Below are positions 51,540 through 63,828 of a stretch of 64,000 nt of DNA, piece after piece. The position numbers were made by a program, and so were the translations under genes. The notes under the pieces were generated by a model that was given only the letters and a program-made list of their open reading frames with translations, was not told where the DNA came from and made no database searches. Within the stretch, counting starts at the first letter, position 1, and each line of letters starts with the position of its first letter. The DNA comes from Malacoraja senta (taxonomy: Eukaryota), in contig CM075993.1 in assembly GCA_038087875.1 (NCBI GenBank), forward strand, positions 10,852,001 through 10,916,000, written 5' to 3'.

Positions 51540-52382
51540 ATTAGAGATTAGAGATTCCTTTATTTGTCATTCAGACCTTTCGGTCTGAACGAAATTTCGT
51601 TGCCTGCAGTCATACATATAATAATAAATAACAATAAACACAAATTAACATCCACCACAGTGAGTTCACCAAGCACCTCCTCACTGTGATGGAGGCAAAA
51701 GTCTTAAAGTCTCTGTCTCTTCCCTCTTTTGTTCTCCCTCTGCGCTGAGGCGATCCAGGCTTCTGATGTTGTGACCCCGCCGGGTGATGGTAAGTCAGTC
51801 CCGCGGCTGAATCCGTGCTCCGCGACGGGCCGGTTCAAACTCCGCAGGCCCGGGGTGGTCGAAGCTGCCGAAGCTGCCGCCCTCCAGTCCAGCGGACGCA
51901 GCTGTAGTTGCGGGAGCTCCAGAAAAACAGGTCACCCACCTGTGACCTGCGAGCTCCCGACGATGTCGTCCACTGGGCCCGCGGCCGAGCCTCCGGATTC
52001 AGGTCGCCACCAGTGTCTTTGGTCGCCACCGCCGGAACGCCGGAACACCACCGCAGCGCCAAAGTCGGCCAGCCTCGCGTTGGTAAATCTTGGCTCTGCC
52101 TCCGGAGCCTCGAGGTCGGTCGGTCGCTCGCAGTTGGAGTTGGAGGCCGTCAGCTCCGCCATTAGGCCTCAGCGCAGACGGAGGCAGAGAAGGGGGATAT
52201 GACAAGAAAAAGTCGCATTCCCCCGAAGGAAGAGACAAAAATCATGTTTCACCCCCCCCCCCACACACATAACCCAATAAACTAAAATTTAACTAAAACA
52301 GGACAAAAGAAAACAACAAAAAAAGTAAAAACAGACAGACTGCAGGCGAGCCGCTGCTGTTCAACAGCGTCGCCACATCCGG
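51540..52382 (-). mobile_element. GC-rich non-autonomous retroposon
   Basis: Family block (reverse complement cacctcctcactgtgatggaggc ~51675-51696); GC-rich body; (tctaatc)n tail. Confidence 0.55.
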
Positions 52383-52412
52383 AATCTATCGTTTCCCTTA
52401 TCCCTAACCAGT

Positions 52413-52440
52413 CTGAAGAAGGGTCTCGACCCGAAACGTC
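52413..52440 (+). ncRNA. Minimal hammerhead ribozyme-like motif in Penelope pLTR (representative copy)
   Basis: CTGAAGA-A-GGGTC(TC)GACCC-GAAA-CGTC: CUGANGA and GAAA boxes, stem II, palindromic ACGT stem III, GUC site; stem I weak. Confidence 0.55.
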
Positions 52441-53644
52441 ACCCACTCCTCTCCAGGGATGCTGCCTGTTCCGCTGAGCTCCAACAGCTTTTTGTGTCTA
52501 TCTATTGTTAGCTGTTTGTTGGGTGAAACCAAGAAGCTGGTGCAACTTGGGTAGGGGAGGTATAGAGAGAGAGAGAGAGAGAGAGAGGGTATGCTGGGGC
52601 TTCTTTTCAAGTTAGCAAAACCAATATTCATACCACTGGGCTGTAAGCTGCCCAAGCGAAATATGAGATGCTGTTCCTCCAATTTGCGTTTGGCCTCACT
52701 CTGACACTGGAGGAGACCGGGGACAAATGGTCTGTGTGGGAATGGGACGGAGAATGAAAGAGTTTAGCACCTACATTCCTTCCTCTTGCTTCACAATTCG
52801 CAACTCTTCAAGCCTTTTGTCTCACACCTTCTGTTGTTTCAACTCTGGCCGTTGCCCACCATCTTACTATGACAGCCCCCCTCACCTTTATCAACCGACT
52901 ACCTGCTAAGCTTTGCCTTGCCTCCCCTCTCTTCCAGCTTTCATTCCCCCCCACCTACATTCAGTCTGAAGGAAGGTCCCGACCTGACACGTCTATCCAT
53001 GCTCTCCAGAGAGGCTGCCTGACCTGCTGAGTTACTTGAGCACATTATGTCTTTATTTAGGATTGGGTAGAGGAGGCTAGAATAGGCTAAGGTATAGGGT
53101 AGAGTAGCCTAGGGTAGAGTAGGCTCGGGCAGTAATGTAGAGTAGAGCAGAGTTGGGTTGTGTAGGAAAGAGTAGTCGAATAGATTACAGTTGAGGTGGG
53201 TCATAGGTCATAGGTTATAGGAGCAGAATTAGGCCATTCGGCCCATCAACTTTACCATTCAATCATGGCTGATCTATCTCTCCTAACCCCATTCTCCTGC
53301 CTTCTTCCCATAACCTCTGACACCCGCACCAATCAAGAATCCATCCATCTCTGCCTCAAAAACATCCATTGACTTGAATTCCACAGATTCACCACCCTCT
53401 GACCACTTTTATAGGGTGGGATATAGTGTAGAGTAAGGTAGTGCCGTGTAGGGTAGTGTTGTGTAGCGTAGTGTCGTGTAGGGTAGTTAGTGTAGCCGAG
53501 GGTAGGGTAGACTATGAGGGGTTAACAAGAGTATGATGGTGTGTATGGCATGACAGTGTTGGGTAGAGAAGGGTAGAGTAGGGGAGACTAGAATAGGGTA
53601 GGTTCCAGAGAGGTGGCATAGCGTAGGGAAGGGTGGGATAGAAT

Positions 53645-53840
53645 TGGGTAGAGATGGGTAGGGTTGGGTTGGGTTGGGTTGGGTAGAGTTGGGTTGGGTT
53701 GGGTTGGGTTGGGTTGGGTAGAGATGGGTAGGGTTGGGTTGGGTTGGGTTGGGTTGGGTTGGGTTGGGTTGGGTTCGGTTGGGTTGGGTTGGGTTGGGTA
53801 GGGTTGGGTTGGGTAGGGTTGGGTAGGGTTGGATTGGGTA
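53645..53840 (+). repeat. (GGGTT/GGGTA)n pentanucleotide microsatellite in a larger degenerate tract (~53060-53960)
   Basis: Direct inspection. Confidence 0.95.
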
Positions 53841-54531
53841 GTGTAGATAGATGAGGGTAGTCGGATAGGGCATAAGGGAGTGTAGAGTAGGGTGGAGTAG
53901 CGTACAGTAGGGCAGGATAGTGTAGAGTAGGGTCGAGTATGGTAAGGGTAGATTAGATGAGGAGGAAGGAACTGCAGATGCTGGTTTAAACGCAAGATAG
54001 ACACAAAAAGCTGGAGCAACTCAGCGGGACAAGCAGCATGTCTGGAGAGAAGGAATGAGTGACATTTTGGGTCGAGACCCTTCTTCAGTGAGATATCTTG
54101 GGTGGAGCAGAGGAGGAGAGGAGAGGAATGGTGTCACAAGGACAGTGGGCCCTTATGGCCAAGATAAGACTGTGCTCTTAACAACTTTGAAACTCTGTGG
54201 GTGCCAGAAAGGTGGTGATCCTTTGTGTACTGTCCCGGTGTAGTCTACTATTGTACATATAGTATGATTCTACTGGAGTGTCTGTAGAATGTCACTGTAC
54301 CTACAGTAGGTACATCGGTGCATGTGGCAATAAGGTATATCCTCACTCCTGCCCATACATCACATACATCCCATCTGTCTTTCAGGACCTCAACGTACAG
54401 CCTTCCTTAATGGATGCATATTGTCCACAGCCTGATTTCCCCCTCCTCTCAGTTTGTCACTTTAGTTTAGTTTCGAGATACAGCACGGAAACAGGTCCGC
54501 GCCGACCAGCGATCCCCGCACACTAAACTTT

Positions 54532-54755
54532 GGGCCTGTCCCACTTTCATGACCTAATTCACGACCTCTGCCGAGTTTGTCCTTGACTCATACTCGCAGC
54601 ATGGTCGTCACGAGGTCGTAGGAGGTCGTCGGAGGTCGTGATGCTAGTCGTAGGTACTCGTGGCATCAAGTAGGTCGGGGCGTTTTTTCTAGCCTGATGA
54701 AAAATGTCCACGAGTAAAAAAGGTTGTGAATTAGGTCGTGAAAGTGGGACAGGCT
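54532..54755. mobile_element. PIF/Harbinger-like MITE nested in a SINE
   Basis: TIRs gcctgtcccactttcatgacctaattcacgacct / aggttgtgaattaggtcgtgaaagtgggacaggc; TSD unclear. Confidence 0.65.
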
Positions 54756-55354
54756 ACTTACACTATCCTACACACTAGTGACAATTTTTACATTTTTACT
54801 TTTATCCCAAGCCAATTAAGCTACGGACCTGTACGTCTTTGGAGTGTGGGAGGAAACTGAAGATCTCGGAGAAAACCCACGCAGGTCACGGGGAGAACGT
54901 ACAAACTCCGTACAGACAGAAACCGTAGTCGGGATCGAACCCGGGTCTGCGACACTGCAATCGCTGTGAGGCAGCAACTCTAGCGCTGCGTCACCGTGCC
55001 GCGCTTGTTTGGTTTAGTTTATTTTTAAGATAAAGAATGGAGGAAGGTCCTTCGGCCCATTGAGTCCACACTGACTATCGACCACTAGTTCTACATTATT
55101 CCACTTCCCGACTCCCTACACACTAGGGTCAATTTACAGAGGACCAACTAACCTACAAACTTGCACGTCTTTGGGATGTGGGATGAATTAGAGCACCCGG
55201 AGGAAACCCACGCGGTCACAGGGAGAACGTGCAAACTCCACACAGGCAGCACCCGAGGTCAGGATTGAACCCGGGCCTCTGGTGCTGTGAGGCAGCAACT
55301 CCGCCCCCTGCACCACTGTACCGCTCTTGACCTTTAGATCTTTTAACTATAATA

Positions 55355-55792
55355 TAGCCATGCAGCACAGAACCAGGCCCTTCAGCCCAACTTGCCCACA
55401 CCGACCAAGATGCCCCATCTAAGCTAGTCGCACCTGCCTGCATTTGGCCCATATCCCTCTAAACCTTTCCTATCCATGAACCTGTCCAAATACTGTTTAA
55501 ATAATACCTGCCTCAACTACCTCCTCTGGAAGCTTGTTCCATATCCCCACTGCCGTGTGTGAAACAGTTGCCCCTCAGTTTACTATTAAATCTTTCTTCT
55601 CTCACTTTAAACCTATGTCCTCTGGTTCTTGATTCCCCTACTCTGGGCAAGCGACTCTGTGCATCTACCCGATCTATTCCTCTCATGATTTTATACACCT
55701 CTGTAAATTGACCCACTCATCCTCCTGCACTCCAAGGAATAGAGTCCTAGCCTGCTCAACCTCTGCCTATAGCTCAGGCCCTCGAGTCCTGG
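55355..55792 (-). mobile_element. CR1 LINE 3' fragment
   Basis: EVYKIMRGIDRVDAQS.LPRVGESRTRGHRFKV. Confidence 0.8.
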
Positions 55793-56089
55793 CGCAGCAG
55801 TAGTGGTGCTGCCTCACGGCGCCAGAGACCCGGGTTCGATCCTGACCATGGGTACTGTTTTTACTGAGTTTGTGCGTTCTCCCCGCGACCTGCATGGGTT
55901 TTCTCCGAGATCTTCGGTTTCCTCCCGCTCTCTAAAGACGTGCAGGTTTGTAGGTTAATTGCTTTGGTATAAATGTAAAATTGTTCCTAGTGTTAATGTG
56001 TGGGGATCGTTGGTCGACACGGACCCGGTGGGCCGAAGGGCCTGTTTCCGTGTTGTATCTCTAAGCTAAAGTAAAAGTCGTCTGAGAAC

Positions 56090-57470
56090 TTTGCAAATTG
56101 TGGTTCTGCGACTGGAATTCGCCGGGATAATTGGGATACGTGAGAAGTGATCGGCCCACAGGAACAGCTATGAAAGCCAAACAGGCAATGAATTTATGTG
56201 GAGACAACAGTGGTGAATCCATTTAGTTCTCAGTGAGACCTTCTCTCTCAGTGTGAAACCCGTCCCATCTCTGCTGGTCCATTATACCATTAGACTGTGG
56301 ACTCAGCACTGCTCTGCTCTTTACTTAATACAGAGGAGACTTTTACTTTCCTTTTGGGAAAGTGGGGGGGTAATTTTAGTGATTTCTTAGATCGTTCCAT
56401 AGGTAAATCACACATCCTTTCAAGCACAGTTATAAAAATCTTGTCCTTTGGTACCAGATCCTCCATCGAGCTGCATTAATCCAGATTTACACACTCCCAG
56501 CCCCAACTAACTTCTTACAACATCCAAGGAGGTATAGTAATTAAATTTGCTCTTGATTCAGGTCATACTCAATAAATCGGAATAAATTAACAAGGCATTA
56601 GTGCGGTTGCTACATTAAATTTGCATAGTGCATTTAATGAATATGCAACTCGAGTAAAAAAGGTCCACCACTGTGAACCGTCGGAATTAACATAACTACT
56701 TCCAACATGCTTCTTAAATAATGCACTCATTTGCACATCACTGTGTTGGCTAATTCTAACTTCAGTCAGGGTGCTATTGTAATTAAGATTTGAGCTTTAA
56801 TTTTTAATGGAGTTTATGTTACATCAATCGTGACAGTAATGAGGGGACAAGGAAACAAAAAGACTGCTAATAATTAAATTCACAAACCAGTTCCAGGGAT
56901 AATCATTCCTGAGGAGAAATTACATGACTAATTATTAATTAAATATTCATACCATCGCTGGGCCAACTCACACTCCTGTCCGGATAACACTTTGCTGTCG
57001 ACGATGCTCCTTATCAAATGTCTCTCTCCACCTATTCACAATTTAGGATTTCAGCTCACTACGCCAAGGCTATTAATCAGATTGACACATCGCCAAATGA
57101 TTGCGATCAATTTATTGCACTTACGTGTTCCAATATTGCAACCTTCCGAATGGATTTATCCTGTTACATCACAGATAAATTAGGATTAAATAGGATTGCA
57201 TTTTATTCCCAGGCCACTTCTAACCTTTTGTCTTTTTGTTGGAATTACAGTGGGCTAGAGGAGTCAAAGGCAGCGTCGCGGGGAGAGGTATTTTTATCAC
57301 CATCGAACTCTCACTAAGTACTGGGCCATCAGCGCTCATCAGAGACCCCCCCCCCCCCACAGGGGGAGGTGGCGGGACAAGGGCAGTCCCACGAAGTGTA
57401 TCAGAGTTATTCATTGACCATTGCAGGGCTATGGAGCCCGTAACATCTCCAAAGGTCACAGAAAGTGAAT
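56090..57470. promoter_or_regulatory. Candidate conserved non-coding element / enhancer
   Basis: The only long block without recognisable repeats; dense TAAT/ATTA motifs; octamer ATTTGCAT at 56619-56626; no credible ORF. Confidence 0.45.
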
Positions 57471-57471
57471 C

Positions 57472-57835
57472 GTGAAAGGCCTGGATAGAGTGGATGTGAA
57501 GAGGATGTTTCCACTAGTGGGAGAGTCTAGGACCAGAGGCCATCGCCTCAGCATTAAACAATGTTCCTTTCGGAAGGGGATGAGGAGGAATTTCTTCAGT
57601 CAGAGGGTGCTGAATCTGTGGAATTCTTTGCCACAAAAGGCGGTGGAGGCCAAGTCAATGGGTATTTTTAAGGCAGAGATAGATGGATTCTTGGTTAGTA
57701 CGGGTATCAGGAGTTATGGGGGGAAGGCAGGAGAATGGGGTTAGGATGGAGAGATAGATCAGCCACGATTGAAGGGCGGAGGAGACTTGATGGGCCGAAT
57801 GGCCTAATTTTGCTTCTATCACCTATGAACTTATG
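57472..57835 (+). mobile_element. CR1 LINE 3' end
   Basis: KGLDRVDVKRMFPLVGESRTRGH...WNSLP. Confidence 0.8.
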
Positions 57836-59225
57836 GTGTCGTCAGAAGTCACGTGTGCGGTCTGTTGGGTCGGCACAGTGGTGCAGCGGGTAGAGCTGCT
57901 CCCTCGCAGCTCCAATGACCTGGGATTCCATCCTGACCTCCAATGCCCTCTGTTAAGAGTCAAGAGAGTCAAGAGTGTTTAATTGGCATTTGCACGGACA
58001 ACAGAACAATGACATATTTACTCACAGTAAACACAACACAATGGGCCTGGAAACACAATACTCACACATAACATATAATCAATAGTCAAGTCAAGTCAAG
58101 TCACATTTATTTATATAGCACATTTAAAAAACAACTCTCGTTGGCCAAAGTGCTTTACATTTGTTATAAGAATAGCATAAACAGACAAATAAAAAAATTT
58201 TAAAAAAAAATTATAAGCCCAGTACTAGTGCAAAAAAACTAGTAGTCCTTGATACAACCACTGTCTGAAGCAGGTTCTCGACCTGAAATGTCACCCATTC
58301 CTTCTCTCCAGAGATGCTGCCTGACCTGCGGAGTTACTCCAGCTTTTTGTATCTATCTCCGGTTTAAACCAGCATCTTGCAGTTCCTTCTTACACAGTCC
58401 ACTGTTCGTCTGAAGAAGGTTTCTGACCTGAAATGTCACCTATTCATTTTCTCCGGAGATGATGCCTGACCCGCTGAGTTACTCCGGCATTGTGGGTCTA
58501 TCTTGGTCCAGAGTTCATGGTTTAGTTGATGTTTTGTGGTGTTCAAGAGCCTGATAGTTGTTGGGAAGAAGCCACTCTTCAACCTGGTGCTCAGGGTTTT
58601 CAGGCTCCGACATCATCTTCCCAATGGTATGAGAGAAATGATAGTGTGCGAGGGTGGTGTGCATCTCTGATGATGCTGGCTGCCTTTTTGAGGCAGCGAC
58701 TCCTGTAGATCCCTTCGATGGTGGGTAGGTCAGTACCCGTGATGGACTGGGCAGTGTTTACCATTCTCTGCAATCTCCTTCATTCTTAGGCGTTCAAGGC
58801 CACAATGCCCGTGTGCTCGCCACCATATCTCTGTGTGGAGTTTGCATGTCTCCCTGTGACCAGGTCCTCCGGTTTTCTCCCACAATGCTATTGTTGCTTA
58901 GTTTATTGTCACGTGTACCGAGGTACAGTGAGAAGACTTTGCTGCATTCTAACCGGTCAACGGAAAGACAATACATGATTACAATCTAGCCAGTTACGGT
59001 GTATAGATACATGATAAGGGAATAACTCCAGCTTTTTGTGTCTATCTCAGGTTTAGACCAGCATCTGCAGTTCCTTCCAACACAGACTATCAATTTTAAT
59101 TTTAATTCAAAAAGTTTCAATAAAAGGTTTCGAAACATAATTTTCCACAAAACATTTAAAAGATCTAAAATTACCAACAACAAAAGAACACTAAATAATC
59201 ACAAAACGTCTCGAACTGAAACTGA

Positions 59226-59561
59226 AACGTGTTCCCGATGTTGGGGGAGTCCAGAACCAGGGGCCACAGTTTAAGAATAAGGAGTTAGCCATTTAGAACG
59301 GAGACGAGGAAACACTTTTTCTCACAGAGAGTGGTGAGTCTGTGGAATTCTCTGCCTCAGAGGGCGGTGGAGGCAGGTTCTCTGGATGCTTTCAAGAGAG
59401 AGCTAGAAAGGGCTCTTAAAAATAGCGGAGTCAGGGGATATGGGGAGAAGGCAGGAACGGGGTACTGATTGGGGATGATCAGCCATGATCACATTGAATG
59501 GCGGTGCTGGCTCAAAGGGCCATATGGCCTCCTCCTGCACCTATTGTCTATTGTCTATTGT
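59226..59561 (+). mobile_element. CR1 LINE 3' end
   Basis: Same 3' sequence and (ctattgt)n tail as 12695-13605. Confidence 0.8.
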
Positions 59562-60384
59562 CCCTCACCCATTCCTTCTCTCCAGAGATGCTGCCTGTCC
59601 CGCTGAGTTACTCCAGTTTTTTGCGTCTATCTTCGGTTTAAACCAGCATCTGCAGTTCCTTACTGCACAAAATAATCAAATACGTTTAATGTGGGCTTAC
59701 GGTAAACCAGCGGGGGGTGTTCACGGGCCGGGGATCCGCAGAGGTCCCAGCCCCATAAACGGTATGCCGGCTACAGGCCCGGTGCTCACGGCCCCCTTAT
59801 GCCTCCCTGTCTCCGCTCCCTCGACCAGATGCTCCCGCCACAAGGTGCCAGCTCACCGGGTAACTGGCGGAGGTGGGAAGGCGGTGCTACGGGAATCTCG
59901 GTCGGCTGTCACGGAAATCCGCTATATAGAAGTCGTCTATTGCAAGGGTTTACTGTATATACAAATATATTTTTGTAAACTTTTTTCCCACTTACAGGGT
60001 CCTTTACCACTGGTGTACATTGAGGGGCAGAGTCCGGTGGGGACTCCCAGGGGGCTACTCATGAGTGGCAAGGGATGTTTTGTCTAAAGACAGGACAGTA
60101 TCCCGGGGAGCCGCGCGGGGACGACTCACTCGCCGAACAACTGCGCCGCGGACCGGAGCCCGCCCGCTAGGCCCGACTCGCCCGCACAGGCCTGCCAGGA
60201 GGCTGCAGAAAAGCCGGGCAGCGAAGCCAGCCTGGACCGAATGGAGCCTCGACTGCAACGGTGAGCCTCGGCAGCGTGGGGGCGTTGGCAGCGGTGAAAC
60301 AGTGGTGACGGTGGAGCCTCGGCGGTGGTGAAGCCTCGTGGGTCGACTCGTGATCAGTTGTCGATGAGAGCGTGGGGGGACCGC

Positions 60385-60580
60385 CGTGAGGGAGGAGGGG
60401 GAGGAACAATGGGGAGGGAGGGAGGTGAGGAGGGGAGAAGAATGGAGACCTGGCATGGAGGGGGAGGGGGGAGAGGAGGGAGGGGGGAGGGGGAGAGGGG
60501 GGGGAGAGGAGGAGGGGGAGAGGAGGGGGGAGGGGGAGAGGAGGGGGAGGGGGAGAGGGGGGGTAGAGGAGGGAGGGGAG
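60385..60580 (+). repeat. GA-rich purine tract
   Basis: G-runs with a spacers. Confidence 0.85.
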
Positions 60581-62394
60581 AACAAAGGAGGAGTTGGCCA
60601 GTGTACTTTGTAACAGTCAGCGCCCTTTATGTAGCAACTATTTGCATACCTTGGGAATTCATGCAAAGAATTTCACTGTACCTACTCACATGTGACAATG
60701 AAGTATTCCATTCCATATTTAGGGTAAGAAGGGGGAAAGATGGGGACCTGAAGGGCAACATTTTTACACAAACGGTGGTGGGAGTCTGGAACGAGCTGCT
60801 GGAGGAGGTAGTTGAGGCAGATAGTGTAGTGCCAACCATACAGAAGTTTGTCTACCTTCGATTTTCCAGCATCTGCAGTTCCTTCTTAAACATACAGAAG
60901 TTACACCTTGCTTTCAAAATCCTAACCAGGGCTTCCAAGTTAATGGAATCTGCAATATATTTTTAGAAAACGCTATAATGTAGAGGGTAAAACAGAGGTG
61001 ACATTTCAGGTCAGAGTTAACATCAGATTTGAAACATAGAAAATAGGTGCAGGAGTAGGCCATTCGGCCCTACGAGCCAGCACCGCCATTCAATACGATC
61101 ATGGCTGATCATCCAGAATCGTTCCTCCTTTCTTCCCATATCCCTTGATTCCGTTAGCCCTAAGAGCTGGACACTGGATTCAAACATTAGATTCGTTCCA
61201 ATGAAGAGGAAAAGTTATAGGGAAAATATATATATGTGTTACATAATTCACATCTGCAGAATCAATTGAGTTAAATTCCACGCATTTCCTTACAGCACAA
61301 AGACTATTCAGCCCATCGAGTGTATGCTGTTTCTCGGGACAGTCCTATCTCTGCCATTCCCTCACTTGTTTCCCAGTAATCTGTTCTTTCCCACATGCCC
61401 GTTAGCACTTCTACGGACACACTGTAGAAAGTATCCTGGTTGCATTCCAACACACAGGAACACGAGAGGCTGCAGAGAGTGGTGGACTCAGCCTGGTCCA
61501 TCACGGGTACTGCCATCCCCTCCATCGAAAGCATTGATGTTTCCACTGGTGGGAGAGTCTAGGACTAGAGGCCATAGCCTCAGAATTGAAGGACGTTCTT
61601 TTGGGAAGGAGATGAGGAGAAATTTCTTCAGTCAGAGGGTGGTGAATATGTGGAATTCTGCCACCGAAGGCTGTGGAGGCCAAGTCAGTGGATATTTTTA
61701 AGCCAGAGATATTCTTGGTTTGTACTGGTGTCGGGGGTTATGGGGAGAAGGCAAGAGAATGGGGTTAAGAGGGAGAGATAGATCAGTCATGATTGAATGG
61801 CGGAATAGACTTGATGGGCTGATCTATCTCTCCCTCCTTAACCTCATTCTCCTGCCTTCTCCCCATAACCTCTGACACCCGTACTAATCAAGAATCTATC
61901 TATCTCTGTCTTAAATATATCCACTGACTTTGCCTCCACAGCCTTGTGTGGCAAAGAATTCCACAGATTCACCACCCCGCGACAAGTCCAGAACAAGGGG
62001 TCTCAGTTTAAGGATAAAGGAGAAATCTTTTAGGACTGAGATGAGAAAAACATTTTTTACACAGAGAGTGGTGAATCTCTGGAATTCTCTGCCACAGAGG
62101 GTAGTTGAGGCCAGTTCATTGGCTATATTTAAGAGGGAGTTAGATGTGGCCCTTGTGGCTAAAGGGATCAAGGAGTATGGAGAGAAGGCAGGTACAGGAT
62201 ACTGAGTTGGATGATCAGCCATGATCATATTGAATGGCGGTGCAGGCTCGAATGGGCTGAATGGCCTACTCCTGCACCTATTTTCTATGTTTCTATGTGA
62301 TGCCTTTACCTGTGATGCTGCTGCATGCAAGATTTTCCCTAAACCTTTTTACCGAACACATGGCTTGACTTGAATCTACTCATTCCTCTGCCAC

Positions 62395-62613
62395 TGTAGA
62401 TTGGTTATTTCATACTAGCCAATTGTAGTGCTTGTTAGTAGTTGCTCCGCCCAATGTCCGTTTTATATTCGCAAGAGTTTGCCGACGACATTCAGTATGA
62501 GTAGCTGCCTGGAACTGTAATGTCCTGCAGATCGATACTGTAAGTACATTGAATAAACATGTGTTGTATCCTGATATGTGTTTGACTCAACTCATTACAG
62601 CTACCTTCCTACA
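62395..62613 (+). mobile_element. Possible solo LTR
   Basis: TGTAG...CTACA termini and AATAAA near 62552; no matching TSD found. Confidence 0.4.
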
Positions 62614-62699
62614 TCAGTGCTATCCCACATCGTTGGGATGCGGGAGGGAACCGGAGCACCCAGAGGAAACCCACGCAGTCACAGGGAGAACATGCAAAC

Positions 62700-63099
62700 C
62701 AAAGATCCTACAGCGAGCAAGATAGTCCACTCGACGAAAAAGACGTAGTACGGTCATGGGCAGATTCATGGGTAATTTTCGGCCCCATTTCCATAACCAG
62801 CTTCCGTCTCCGCACCAAAGATCCCATAGGATAATAGTGCGGAGACGGAAGCCGGTTACGGAAACATCCTCGTAAAAATAAAAGTTATTTGGTAAAAATC
62901 TTCTCCTCATTGTCAGAATTTTAATTTATTAACACAAACTGTTCCCCCCCAACGTTGATTACACTGCGAGTCGGGTCGGGTCGGGTCCGGTTACGGAAAT
63001 GGATGAAAAAAAGGCCCACGTTCCGCTCCGTTGCGTACTACACGTCAGCCCATTGCATTTAGCAGGAGTGGTCTATCTTGCTCCGCTATACGATCTTTG
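62700..63099. mobile_element. P-element-like MITE (400 bp) nested in a SINE
   Basis: About 33-bp TIRs caaagatcctacagcgagcaagatagtccactc / gagtggtctatcttgctccgctatacgatctttg; perfect 8-bp TSD atgcaaac (62692-62699, 63100-63107). Confidence 0.8.
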
Positions 63100-63828
63100 A
63101 TGCAAACTCCACACACACAGAAGTCGAGGTCAGGATTGAACCCAGATCGCTGGCGCTGTGAGGCAGCAGCTCTACCTGCGGGGCATCTGCACTGTCCTAA
63201 TTTTGTTGTTGCTGTCATTTTGTGTTTTCTAGGTTTCTTTTGCAATCACATATTTTTCTGTGATTTTGTAAAAGAAAAGTACACTTCATTTTTAACAGGT
63301 TTTTGGACCTTTTTGAAGCTTTATGAGAGGAAGGATGCTGGACTACCTCTCCATGTAATAGCTGATCAGGCCCAGAGCCATCAAACGCTCATCAGAGGTT
63401 AACCAGCATTCAGGACAACCAGACAACCAGAGCAAAGTCTGAAACACACATGTATTACTTAAGCAAAGCAAAACTATCTTAAATATTATTTTTAAGTTAA
63501 AAAAAAGTAAAATCACATAATTCTTGACATTTTTCCTGCATAGATATTAGAGTAGAATGTTTTTTAGTCGGGTAGTTTGTGAAGCAAACTATATATCATA
63601 TTTTTTAGAGTATTTTACAGTGGAACTAATTTGCAAGATAATCTCAGTTCAAGCCAGTCCCCCCGATTTATAAATGATAGGAGAAGAATTATGCCATTCG
63701 GCCCATCACACCTACTCTGCCATTCAATCATGGCCGATCTATCTTTCCCTCTGAACCCCATTCTCCTGCCTTCTCCCCATAACCCCTGACACCCGTACTA
63801 TTCAAGAATCTATCAATCTCTGCCTTAA

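Noticed and set aside
53487..54019. PNPTQ-repeat proteins
   Set aside because: Translations of the (AACCC)n microsatellite.
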